From the NCBI RefSeq assembly GCF_036321535.1, contig NC_087436.1:74712001-74772000 (forward strand): a stretch of 60,000 bases of DNA, read 5' to 3'. Positions 1 to 10,897 of the stretch are shown in pieces. Below the pieces are notes generated by a model, which worked only from the letters and a program-made list of their open reading frames with translations, was not told the origin of the DNA and searched no databases. The stretch is from Camelus dromedarius (lineage: Eukaryota). Each line of letters opens with the position of its first letter. The stretch's first letter is position 1. The position numbers and the translations under genes are program-made.

Positions 1-763
1 GATTTGTGAGAGTCCTTTGCTTAGGGGTCAGTTAAATCTCTGTGTTTTCAGCATTGGCAGTTTCCCCATGAGGACCCAACTAAAGGAAGGTACACTAGAC
101 AGATATACAAGCACTGTCAGGTTGGAAAGAAGTTTTCTAGAAGGAGGTGGTCAGGAGTATTGAATTTTGATGAAAGGCCCGGTATAATGAGAACTGGTAG
201 GTGATGTCCGGAGAATAAGGAGTGGTAGAAGCCAGATCGCACGGGAATTAATACGTAGCTGGATTAGGTGGAAATGGAGGCCAAATGATATAAAATCATC
301 TGTTTGTGGTGCAGGTACATGCATTGTGAAGCATTTGGTTTTAACAGGTAACTTCCAACTTTTGTTTAACCATGAGTTTATTAATTTGAATATAAACCTT
401 TATAATAACGTTACTTGGAAACATCTTCAGTGACGATTCCTTGAAATAAATTTGGGTACTCCCCAGTGGTGGAGGAACTGTGCCCTTCTGGGGAAATTCC
501 TCTTCTCTCATGTTGCTAACTTCTCCATTTGCAGTTATCTGGTGTCTTAATGTAAATACGTAGCCATCTGAATAATACTGTTACAGAAACCTAAATTGTG
601 TTGAATTCCTTTGCATTGAGACTATCAGAGAATATACTTGATAACTGATTCATTAACAGACCTAGTGTTTTTAGGTCCGTGTGTTTTCTTAAAATAGGCA
701 GAGCATTCTATGTATTGAATCCTATGTACATTTTTTATTACCTATGTTGCTCCTCCCCTAAAG

Positions 764-940
764 CAGTGGTTACCAAATTTTGACTGCACATCAGACTTAC
801 CTGGGGAGCTTTAAAAATTCTTGATGCCCAGATCACACCCCATATCAATTAAGTAGACTATCTCGGGGTGGGAGCCAAGCATCACTATTTTTAATGCTCA
901 CAGGGTGATTGAAAGGTACAGCAAGTTTTAGGAACCACTG
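764..940. mobile_element. MER5A-like hAT-Charlie non-autonomous DNA transposon in a CCNG2 intron
   Basis: About 177 bp with terminal inverted repeats cagtggtt...aaccactg. The internal cacatcagacttacctggggagcttt resembles the MER5 consensus. Confidence 0.85.
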
Positions 941-972
941 TCATAACCTGTTCATTTAAATGTTTTTTTCAG

Positions 973-1178
973 GTTAATGACTCTGAGTTCATTTACTGGA
1001 GGGAGTTAGTTTCTAAATGCCTAGCCGAATATTCTTCTCCTGAATGTTGCAAACCAGATCTTAAGAAGTTGGTTTGGATAGTCTCAAGGCGCACAGCCCA
1101 GAACCTCCACAATAGCTACTACAGTGTTCCTGAGCTGCCGACCATCCCGGAGGGGGGTTGTTTTGATGAAAGTGAAAG
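973..1178 (+). CDS. CCNG2: Cyclin G2, penultimate coding exon (earlier exons lie upstream of the window)
   Basis: The acceptor is tgtttttttcag|G at 972/973 and the donor is AAG|gtaaga at 1178/1179. It translates VNDSEFIYWRELVSKCLAEYSSPECCKPDLKKLVWIVSRRTAQNLHNSYYSVPELPTIPEGGCFDESE, recognised as the cyclin G2 C-terminal region. The 206-nt exon ends in phase 2, matching the next exon. Confidence 0.96.
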
Positions 1179-1339
1179 GTAAGAAGGCTCCTTGACTACT
1201 TAGACTCAGCCAGACTAAATGTTACTGATTTTTGTATATCAGAGCCCCTACCTCTAACAGCATTATTTCTTCAGGTGACAGAATTAACCAGAAGTAGTTT
1301 TATTAAAATACTTAATAATTTGGAAGTGTACTTCCCCAC

Positions 1340-1563
1340 TGTTTTTCTTTATTAAAAACAAACAAACAAAGCCCAGCATCCTGTACATCATTTCCTCCCC
1401 AGGGCTTATAACTGGAAGTTTGTCCTTTTGGCCACCTCCCCCTGCACCCTTGCCCCCTGCAACCACCCGTCTGTTCTGTGCATCTATGGGTTCTGTTTTT
1501 TTGGTTTTTGATTCCACATACAGTATGAGATACAGTGTTTGTCTTTCTCTGACTCACTTCACT
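1340..1563 (-). mobile_element. Degenerate L1 3' end fragment in the last CCNG2 intron
   Basis: gattccacatacagtatgagatacagtgtttgtctttctctgactcacttcact resembles the antisense L1 3' UTR. Confidence 0.6.
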
Positions 1564-2305
1564 CCTCCCCCCTTTAAAAACTGGTTATTTGCCATCTCCT
1601 TTGGTCTTTGAAATACAGTTTAGTTAAAAACAACATCAACTGAAACAGCATTCTGGGCTTTTAAACAGTATGAATTCCTATTATGTTACTGTGGCAAGAG
1701 GCTGCGGGTTAAATGACTGGAAAATAAAGGGAACTACTACCACCATCTTGGTAGACTTTTATAGATATGTTTAGGTTTGCCAAATGCCATTGTCTTATTC
1801 AGAGTTTATTTTGTTGAGTAAAATTAATTATTTATTTTTATTAAATTTGTTCTATGCTATAGGGATAAGGGAGTAGAAGTTCCATTTTCATAGCTTGTTG
1901 GTTTCTTGGTCTGTTATTTGAGAATATCAGTGATACAGTTATTGAACTGATGCAAGAAAGACATCAAAACCATATGGTAGGAGATCTTTGTCATTAGTCT
2001 GCATTTATTGAATTTAAAATACTTAGACTTCTACAGTTAGCTGCTGATAGTCATTAATTGGTACAAGAATAATAGTTTGGTAAATGGTAATTTGTTTAAA
2101 CCTCTTAAGTCTATTTTCTAAGGAGATGACAATAGACTTCACTTTAGGAAGTCTTTGTAAGTTAAATATTATCTCTGTAAAGCTTAAATTTTGAATGTAA
2201 AAATCCTGAGACTGGAGATACTTGTTGAGCAGTTTTATTCTGCCTGTACAACATGTAAGTGTATTTTAGATAACGGGGTCCTCTTCTTTTTCTTTTTCCC
2301 TTTAG

Positions 2306-2429
2306 TGAGGACTCCTGTGAAGATATGAGTTGTGGGGAGGAGAGCCTCGGCAGCTCCCCTCAACGGGAGCAGGAGTGCGCTTTCTTCTTCAGCCTCAAAG
2401 TGGCTCAGACTCTGGGCTTTCCGTCTTAG
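2306..2429 (+). CDS. CCNG2: Cyclin G2, terminal coding exon (acidic/PEST-like tail and stop)
   Basis: A polypyrimidine tract precedes tttag|T at 2305/2306. In phase with the previous exon it gives (S)EDSCEDMSCGEESLGSSPQREQECAFFFSLKVAQTLGFPS*, with TAG at 2427-2429, matching the cyclin G2 C-terminus. Confidence 0.96.
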
Positions 2430-3745
2430 AGATCTAACCATTCTGGGTCCGAATTTAAAGTGTGTGTACCAGTTTCAAAGCAATAAATGGGGTAGTCGGT
2501 GGTTTCCTGGTCCAGCTCCCATCTAGGCAGGAATTGCATAGCCTGGAATACCTACCTTCTATTTATTACTCAGATCGGATCTGGCCTATTTTCATATTTA
2601 ATCCTAAGCCATCAAATGGGTTAGTGCCTCTTAAACAGTTAACAGTACTTTAGACATTGGCACTTTATTTTTCTCATTGATCTTTAGCTACTTGGGGGAG
2701 GAGGGAAGGTGCTGATACCTTCAACTTACTACTTTTTGAGAAGATTTTTGAATAATGTAGTTAAACTTTTTATAAAGCCTTCAGGTGTCTTTAAACAGAC
2801 GGGGAGTGTGCAGGTGCTTCCTTAGCAGGGACAATGGGTAATCCTTTACTGGTTTATCTTAGATCTCCCCCTCCCCCCACTCTCAGAACAGAGAATATAC
2901 TCTTAAAATGTCAAACACCTTTTTGGTGATTTTTTTGTTTTTTAAGTGATCAATGTACTCTCTGACGCAGACTTTATAAACTTAGGAATTACAATATTGA
3001 CATTTCTGTGACTTTTAGTATGTAATGTCTTAACTTTGAGGTTTCTGCCAAAGCGGAAATAAGCAACAGGCTAATAAGGTTGTTAGACAGTTGCATTCCT
3101 AATGCCTAAGTGTTGTCAGACTATAGTATTATTTTAATGTTTTAAAAACAGTCCATGATCTGCTGGTTTTGCATGTACCTGTATGAGAGCAGTGCAGGAG
3201 GCTGAACAGAATTAGGTAACTATGAAATTGATAAATGTTGGTCTGGTAGCACATTTTATCTCATTTTCTTATATTAAAAAGGTCTGCATGATTACAGTTT
3301 ATTTCCTTTGTGATTCACATTTCAGAAATAATGGTATTAGTATATGGGTGCCAAGACTGAATATGAAGTGTAAAAAAAAAAACTTAAGTGTTTGTAGTGT
3401 TATAGTTTTAAGCATATCTGTGTGGTGGTACAGCCATAGGAATAGGGATTTATAAACTCTGTGCACATGAGATTTTGTACAGAGAATTTTTTTTAACTTT
3501 ATAAACTGTATATGAAAATGTAAATCTTTAAAAATGTACATAAAAATACTGTTATTTTTTTACTGTGTGTGATAGTCTAGTCATTGCATGTAAATATAAC
3601 TTATTGTGTATTCTGTATTATAAATCGTAGTGATGACTTACTTTTTCTCTGGTAAGTCAACAGCCATTGGATGTTTTCTGAAGTGGATCTTTTTGAGATA
3701 ATAATAGATACAGCTCAAAATAAAAATACTAATGAATTGTACTCC
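2430..3745 (+). other. CCNG2: CCNG2 3' UTR (end approximate)
   Basis: AU-rich sequence without evident repeats follows the stop codon. AATAAA occurs at 2482-2487 and 3719-3724, and the latter is followed by a U/GU-rich tract. Confidence 0.8.
3719..3724 (+). terminator. Probable CCNG2 polyadenylation signal
   Basis: AATAAA with several upstream TGTA motifs and a downstream T-rich element (3745-3780). Confidence 0.7.
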
Positions 3746-4569
3746 TTGTTTGCAATTACTTCTTAATTTTTAATTTTTTTGGTGAAAAAGAAAAAGTGCT
3801 TGTTATATATATTTCAGTGAGAAGGCTTGAAGTGAGGCTGGAGTGTCTCCAGGATAAGCCCTCTCTTTGGTTGCAGAAGTCCCCTAGGTAATATTTCCTC
3901 ACCAGTTTGGCCCTTAGCCTTGAAGATACTGAAAGTGAATCTGTCACTTGAGAGTTGACCTCTCTCTGGACTCAAATGAAACAGAAGAGTGTCATATTAA
4001 CCCAAATGCCTGTTAGTTTATAGTGAAAGCCAGCAGGTGTCAAGTAGACCAGAATAGTCAGGCTGGTAGGTTAGCACAGTCTCTGCAGACAAGCCAAATT
4101 CTCAGAAGGTTGCTTACTGACCAGGCACTCGGGCAGTGAGCTCTGGACCTTGCCAGCCTCAGGCTTGTTTTGCAAGTAGTGACTTTTTTTTTTTTTTTTT
4201 GGCATGGTTTCTCCATCTAGTTTGGTTTTTGGAGACCTTTATTTTCTCTAGTTAGGTAGAAAATAAGATACACTGAATATGGTTTTCATGTAACTCCTCT
4301 TCTCCCCGGAGATAAGGGTGTTTTCCTACCCTCCTAGTGGAGAATCCAAGCGGTCCTCCCTCTCTTACTGAGTAATATTGGCAAACGGTAGACAATATAT
4401 TCTGCTTTCAGATTTTGATTTGTTGAGATGCACAAGCTATTTGTGGCTTTCCAAGTCTTGAACCCTCTTCAGTTCTAGGATTTTATTGCTTTTCTTACTA
4501 GATGATTTTTTGTGTGAATCTGTCCACACGTGACTTGATCTGTTCCCCTTTCTGGTTTTCCATATATTT

Positions 4570-5260
4570 AGAGCTCTTTACTGAGCTCCCAACCTGTGTA
4601 TTCACAGCTAGCCATCTCACTGATTATTCTCAAAGTTCTGAATATTCCCAAACCTGCTCTTCGTTTGTTATTTTGGTGAATAGGCATTCCGTCTACTCAA
4701 GGTGGAAGCTTAGGTGATACCCTCATTGCCTCTTGCCTGCTGTCTCCTGTCTGGAGGTCACCAATTATCATTCACACTGTATGTCTACTCTGTGCCACTG
4801 GCTTCGGTCGGACCTGTACTCTTATCAGCAGGGTCACTGCAATGTCCTAATAATCTCTCAGTCTCCAGGCTTACCCCGATCCTCTTGGGTATCCTTCTAA
4901 AATATGCAAATCCGTTAAAATATGCAAATTTGATTATATCCCTCCTGAAAAATTGTTCAGTAAGTACCTCTCAAGAGAGTATATCAGGACCTAGAAATCT
5001 CTTCCTAATCAGAACACTGCACCTTTCTCTGGTCTTCTTTTTTTTTTTTTTCCTTACCTTTTCCCAGAGCTGGAAAACGTGTGTTAAGAAAGTAACTGGC
5101 AGCTCTGTGGAAGGTGGAATGGAGCAGGTGGAGATGAATAACGGAATGGGGAGACCAGTCAGGAGTCCTGCAAAAATCCAAGAGATAATGAAGGACTGAA
5201 CCAAGGCAATGGCAGTGGGGATGAGGAAGACAGGTGGGAATTGAGAGGCACTGTCCTTTC
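4570..5260. mobile_element. Ancient L2 LINE fragments
   Basis: Motifs such as ctaaaatatgcaaat...tgattatatccctcct and gggagaccagtcaggagtcctgcaaaaatccaagagataatg resemble L2. Confidence 0.5.
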
Positions 5261-5931
5261 TCTTTAGGCATTATTAGTAAACTCACAGACAAGTCCAAGA
5301 GCCTGATTTTGCCCTTGGGCCGTTCAACCACATGGCTTTCCCATAACTGTGATAAATAAAATTGAGAATCAAGCCTCCTGCCCCATTCACAGCAGAGGTG
5401 AGGAGAAGGCTACATTTTGGTCTCATACTTGCTCCTTGATTTGGCTCTTCAGGCTTTGATTCTGTCATTTCCTAGGATGTGGTGTGCATGCTTTGCTGCT
5501 TCTGCCATGTGCCATGTGCATGCTGAAGTGTGGCTCTCCCTGATCCCGTGGTCCCTGCCCATCCGACCCTCAGGAAGTGAGACTGGACAAACAACGTGTC
5601 TTGATCATCAGTTAATACTTAGGTTAAGTATAGAGGCATTGGTTGTAGAACACTTCTCATGACAATTTTAACCATTTTCTTTGTCTAGGGTCTGCGTTTT
5701 TCCTTCAATTCCTTTCATTTCACACTAGGTTTTACTGATGTTCCCTGCCTGCTTCCCACTTTCCCCTGCAAGTGTGCCATGGGTCGGCTTACTTAAGCCA
5801 TCCACTTAGCAGATTCTTATATGGCCAAAACCTCTGTACTTTGCATTTGTCCCTTTTCAGCTGAGTTTGTCTGATTATTTGTACCAGAAATGGTCAACAA
5901 CTACTGACTTTGTGATTAGCAAATCAGATTG

Positions 5932-6415
5932 TGTGGTAGTTTCCCAATAGCCACACGTCCTCCCATCCCTGTACACACGTGCTTCTCTTCCCATCTAGAA
6001 GTGGAGTCTCTCCCCCTTGAACTTCAGCTGACCTTGTGCCTGGTTTTGCCTGCTAATGTGCAGTGGAAAAGTTCAGTGCGTGTCCAAGCCTAAGCTTCAA
6101 GAGGACTGGCAGTTTCCCTTTCATCCCTCTTGGAAGCCAGCCACCATGCTGCAAGGCAGCAGGTTGGATTACCGAAAGAGAAGAGCCTGTGCAGAGAGAC
6201 GTTCTTGAGGAGGAGGAGCCATCTTGGATGTTCCAGCCTCAGCTAAGCACCCCGCTGAATGCAGCTTGCATGAGCATCTTCAGCTAAACCACACTGGGCA
6301 GAGGAACCACCCAGCTGATCCCAATTAACCCATAGACTCTTGAAAAATAATAAATCATTGTTTTAGGCCACTAGGTTTTGGGTGGTTTATTATACAGCAG
6401 TAGATAACCAAGACA
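5932..6415 (+). mobile_element. MaLR solo LTR (MLT1 family)
   Basis: TG...CA ends. The 3' end aataaatcattgttttaggccactaggttttggg...cagcagtagataaccaagaca is typical of MLT1. Confidence 0.85.
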
Positions 6416-6589
6416 GGTTGCTTGTTATTTCTTGTCAAATGGTGGTTATCTCTGAATGGTGAGATTACAGACAACTTTTTTTTCTAATTATGCTTATCTG
6501 TACTTTTCTTTTTTTTTTTTTTTAAATGTATTTGAGTTATTCGTGTATTGACAGGATAAGGAGTGGACTCTAAAAACACACACACTAAT

Positions 6590-7570
6590 TATATCCTTTC
6601 TTTGATTAAACTCCTTAATGGTTTCCCATGGCTCCTTAGCATCAAGTTCAAACTCAGCACAGCTTACAAGACCCTACTTGATTTGGTCTTCTTTGCTTTG
6701 TCTCTCAGGGCATCCACATCCACATGCTTTCCAGCTTGACTGCATCTCAGCTCCTCCCACTCATCATGCTTTCTTTCCCTCTAGTGACTTCATATACACT
6801 TTCATCTGCTTGGAACACCTTTCCTGTCATCCTCATCTGGAAAACTCCTACCTATCACCTTAAGAGTTGCTTCATTCACTCATTCGCCCACCAGTTTTGA
6901 GTGCCTCTGTGTGTCAGGGACTACACTAAGTGCTTGATAAATAAAACCAAACATAGCATGCAGTGTCCCTACTACCCTCATGCAACTTACAGTCTAATCC
7001 AGAACCAAACAATTTACAGCAAATGATACAACTTTTAAAGGTCGGAATGTATTTTCTTCCAGGAAATCTTTGTGGAACTCCCTCACTTTGTTCTTGTCGT
7101 CAGTGCTGCATATTTCCATAATTCTCTATATGTTTCTTATCCTAGCAGTTAATACCTTCCTTGCTTGTCTGCTCACCTAACCTTCTGATCTGGGAAGGCA
7201 GAGGCTGTCTTTCTGGCTCATTGTTGAATCTCCAGCAACCAGCATAGTATCTGGGCCAAATTCTTCCTACTCTGGCTGTTACTGGTAAAAAATAACCTCA
7301 CTCTTCTCGTAGTATGTCCCAGGCACCTTACATGAATTATTTTGTCCTTCCCACAATGCTATTAGACAAGCACTGCTATTAGTCCCATTTTTCATATGAA
7401 GAAACTGAGGATTAGAGACGGACTTCGACACAAATCTGGTAAGTGGCAGGGGTATAACTCAAACCAAGTTTGTCTGTCAAACCCTGGGCCTTTAACCACA
7501 ATGCTAAACCACTGCCCTAATGTGGATGGTACTCATTAAACAGTGGTTGAATGAATGAAATAATAAAAAA
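6590..7570. mobile_element. L2 fragments with an embedded MIR (~7300-7515)
   Basis: L2 tail-like cattcactcattc and gttgaatgaatgaa, plus the MIR core cccatttttcatatgaagaaactgagg. Confidence 0.6.
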
Positions 7571-8479
7571 AGAAAAGGTCTTATAAAGACAATCCCCCTC
7601 ATAATACCGGTAAAATAAACCACAGCATCCTCCTGTTGTTCAGGTTTTAAGTGCTCTCACCCATGTAAAGGAAACGTGGCTAAGATTCAGAGTTAAAATG
7701 TCTTTAATTACCCAGGAACCACAGAGGGTAATGTGAAACCCAAGGCAGGATCGTGGCAGAGAAGATGAGGCCTCACCAAAAGCTGGAAACGTCTTTGTGC
7801 TCAGGCTGGTGGGCCCTTCCCAAAGCCCAAAGTCTAGTTCCTTTTACACGTAGGTTATAGCTGATATTTTACTCACTAGGGTTCCAAGGCCCATAGTCAC
7901 TCCATGTTCATGGGGGTGGGACTTTGTAACAAAAGAGGACTGTTTTGTTAAAGGCTTGCTTGCCCTTTGCCTGTTTTACTATTAACCAACATAGCAATCA
8001 TCTCCCACTTACTCATTTACTCTTCTGGGATTTTTTCCAATAATTGTTTCACGTGTCTGGTCTATCCTCTTGCCTAAACTCTAAGCTTCTTGTGAGAAGA
8101 GACTGTGTATTTTGCTTCCTTTATAGCCTTCAAGGTGCTGGATAAAAACATGTGTCAACATTTTTCTAAGTGTATCACTCCTGATGGTGCCATTCCCATT
8201 CCTGACTGCAGCAGTTCATAGTTCCTAAAGGTGAACTTCCATGCAGGCAAGGATTTAGGATTTCAAATCATTACTGGGACGTGCCGAGGGCCATAGCCCA
8301 CTGCTACAATTACATGCACCTTATTCGAGAGTAAGATGTAGTTATCAGGAACACAGTCTCCCGCTGAACTATCAGGGTTTGATCCTAGTTTGACCACTCA
8401 CTATCTGACCTGATTAGCTGTTAACTAAAGTGTGCCTCAGTTTCTTCATCTGGATAGAGGGGTCAATAATGAATCAACC

Positions 8480-9506
8480 TGTGATGGACACAGAAATGTG
8501 CTGCCTAGATGCCCCAGCTGTTGGGAAGTCTTTTGGCACACAGCATTCAGCTGATGGCCCCTTTGGGATAACTCACCCAGAGAGCAGCCTCATCTAAGGT
8601 CATGCCCTGCCCAGGAGGGCCTGCATCTGTTAGAGCAGGCAGAGAGCTAGATATGAGCAGAGAAAGGAGAACGCAGGCCAAATGGCAAAAACTGGGCAGA
8701 AAAAGAGGCATGGGCTAAATGGCAGGAAACCATACATCTTGTGAACAACGGGGTTCCTTGGGCAGAGAAAGAGAAGCAGGCTGATAAGAAATCACACATT
8801 TAGGTGACAAGTGTCCTGGAGGCTGACAAAAAAAGAGGGGAAAAAGCAGGAATCTCCAGTTTCTGAATGTAAGCTTTTGCTCATTATACCCTCATTACAA
8901 TAAAACTAACCTTGCAGATTAGAAGTTCCCGTAGTGCACAAACGCCATGACACTTCCAATCAAGACTAAATAAAGACAGAAATCCCTCCTCCCCTCTGGA
9001 AGGTGGAGCTGGGATCAAAATCAGGAAATACGACCCCAATGAATATTCCACCTATTCATTTTACACTCTATGTAACCACCTTGCCAAAGAAACTCAGGGC
9101 AGCTGCTCACCTAAGCCTGCCCACTCTCCCCTTGAGTGCGTACTATTCCTTAATAAATCCTCACTTTACTTTCTTCACCTCCATGTCTCTGAATTCTTTC
9201 TGTGACGAGATAAGAATCTAATCTCTGGCAACACATCTAATGACTGATGGGGTGAGAGAATGGATGAAGGATTGGTCACTTTGGTCCAACACAGGACAAC
9301 CCAGATGGATCGTTTTGGTCCCAGGGCTCCCCACAGGGTTAACTGAGGCTGCTTCTGGTGGGGCATTGTGGCTCAGTTCCCTCCACCCAAACATGGTTGC
9401 TTATGCTCCTGCCATGGGCAGTGATCTCAGTGGTTCTTCCTAATGAACATCCTGCACCCTAAACTTCATCTCAGAGTCTGCTCCCTGGACACCACCACTT
9501 GCAACA
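8480..9506 (+). mobile_element. ERVL-class solo LTR (LTR16-like), interrupted by a younger LTR
   Basis: It starts tgtgatgg and ends catctcagagtctgctccctgg...ttgcaaca, an LTR16-type end. The degenerate 5-bp TSD is caacc/ctgcc. Confidence 0.7.
8628..9233 (+). mobile_element. Younger ERV solo LTR, 606 bp (probably ERV1 class)
   Basis: tgtt...aaca termini, a perfect 4-bp TSD catc (8624-8627 and 9234-9237), and AATAAA at 9152-9157. Confidence 0.88.
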
Positions 9507-9762
9507 CTGCCTCGTGGGGTTACTGTGTGGATTGAATGACATGATGATACATAATAAAAAATGTAAAACAGGGCCTAGTATGCGCTTAAGTAAATATTGG
9601 TTTTAATAATTATTACTCCTACTTTTGTCCCTACCCTCTTATTTCCCTGCTGAGATAAGACTCAATATTTATTTAACCATTATTGAGCTACAATGATATA
9701 TTGAGTTTTGTTCTAGGCATGGAGGATACAAAATAGAATCAAAGCACAGGTCTTACTATTGA

Positions 9763-9996
9763 AGGAGGGAAAGGGGGTGGGAAGGGATAAATTGGGAGTT
9801 CAAGGTTTGCAGATACTAACTATGATATATAAAATAAGTCTGTACTGTAAAGCACAGGGAACTATATTCAATATCATGTAGTAACCTATAATGAAAAAGA
9901 ATATGAAAAGGAATATATATGACTGAAACATTAAGCTGTACACTAGAAATTGACACAACATTGTAAACTGACTATATTTCAATAATTAAAAAAAAA
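9763..9996 (+). mobile_element. 5'-truncated L1 3' end with poly(A)
   Basis: L1 3' UTR motif gcacagggaactatattcaatatc and an A tail. The ~22-bp TSD is aaagcacaggtcttactattga (9741-9762) / aaagtgcaggtcttaccattga (9997-10018). Confidence 0.9.
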
Positions 9997-10897
9997 AAAG
10001 TGCAGGTCTTACCATTGAGAAGCTCACCCTCTAAAGGGAGAGGTAGAGAGGTAGACATACGAAGTATCATGCAATGTGAGAAATACGGTATTTGAAATAT
10101 GTACCAGGCACAGCGTTAGCATCCTGGCACTGCCTCTGCATGGGTTCTCTAGTCTTCTGGATGGAAAGAAAAGACCATTTGGTGTGATTTCTGTCATTCC
10201 AGGGAGGCTCTGATGGTCCATCCTCTTCCAGTGCCCTTCACATTCCTGTTTACCTCTAGCTCATCCTCTTATTTCCAATTTTAGAAAGTCTTTCCTTTAG
10301 CTAAAGATTTTGAGTCTGGTTAAAATGCAGCTATCTCCAACAGAGTTTTCACCTTAATGGGATTCACAAATTACGGGCTGAGTTGGGGGTTGAGCACCTA
10401 TTTGTGTGGTTTTAGACAAGCCATGTGTGTTATTTTGGGATCCTAGGAAGTAGATACTGAGAAGAAGTCAGAAGTGCAGTAGGTTTGTTGGGGGATGTGA
10501 ATGAGAAGAGGGAGGAAGAAGGGTTAGGCGGGGAGAAACAGACTGTGATGCAGATCAGACAAGATTCAGACAACCTGGTACCTGGGACACAAGACGAAGG
10601 GCCCATTAGAAGGGCCCCATGTTGGCTGGAAATGGCCAGGCCTGGCACCCCCAGTGCTCAGTCGCTGGCTGAGGACTCTTCCAGAAGAGTGTCGCTTCAG
10701 TTGGAACACTGAGGTGGCTCCTGAAGGGGCAGCAGCTGGAGGCTGTTCTTGCAGCAGAACGGCAAGTTCTTCTGGAAGGCAGATCTCCAAGGGGCAACCA
10801 CATAACTTCTTTGAGAACTGGGTTTTTAATCTGGGGAGAAGAGACACCTAAAACTGCAAAAACTCTTGTCAAGAACACTCCATTCAAATCCCTGCAC

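Larger units (their letters stand above)
8335..9615. mobile_element. MIR split by nested LTR insertions
   Basis: The left half ends gtgcctcagtttcttcatctg...aataat (~8479). The right half resumes ctgcctcgtggggttactgtgtggattgaatga (~9507). Confidence 0.7.

Noticed and set aside
4714..5331. 161-aa and 108-aa ORFs downstream of CCNG2
   Set aside because: They lie past the poly(A) signal, overlap L2 relics and a T run, and show no protein-like features.
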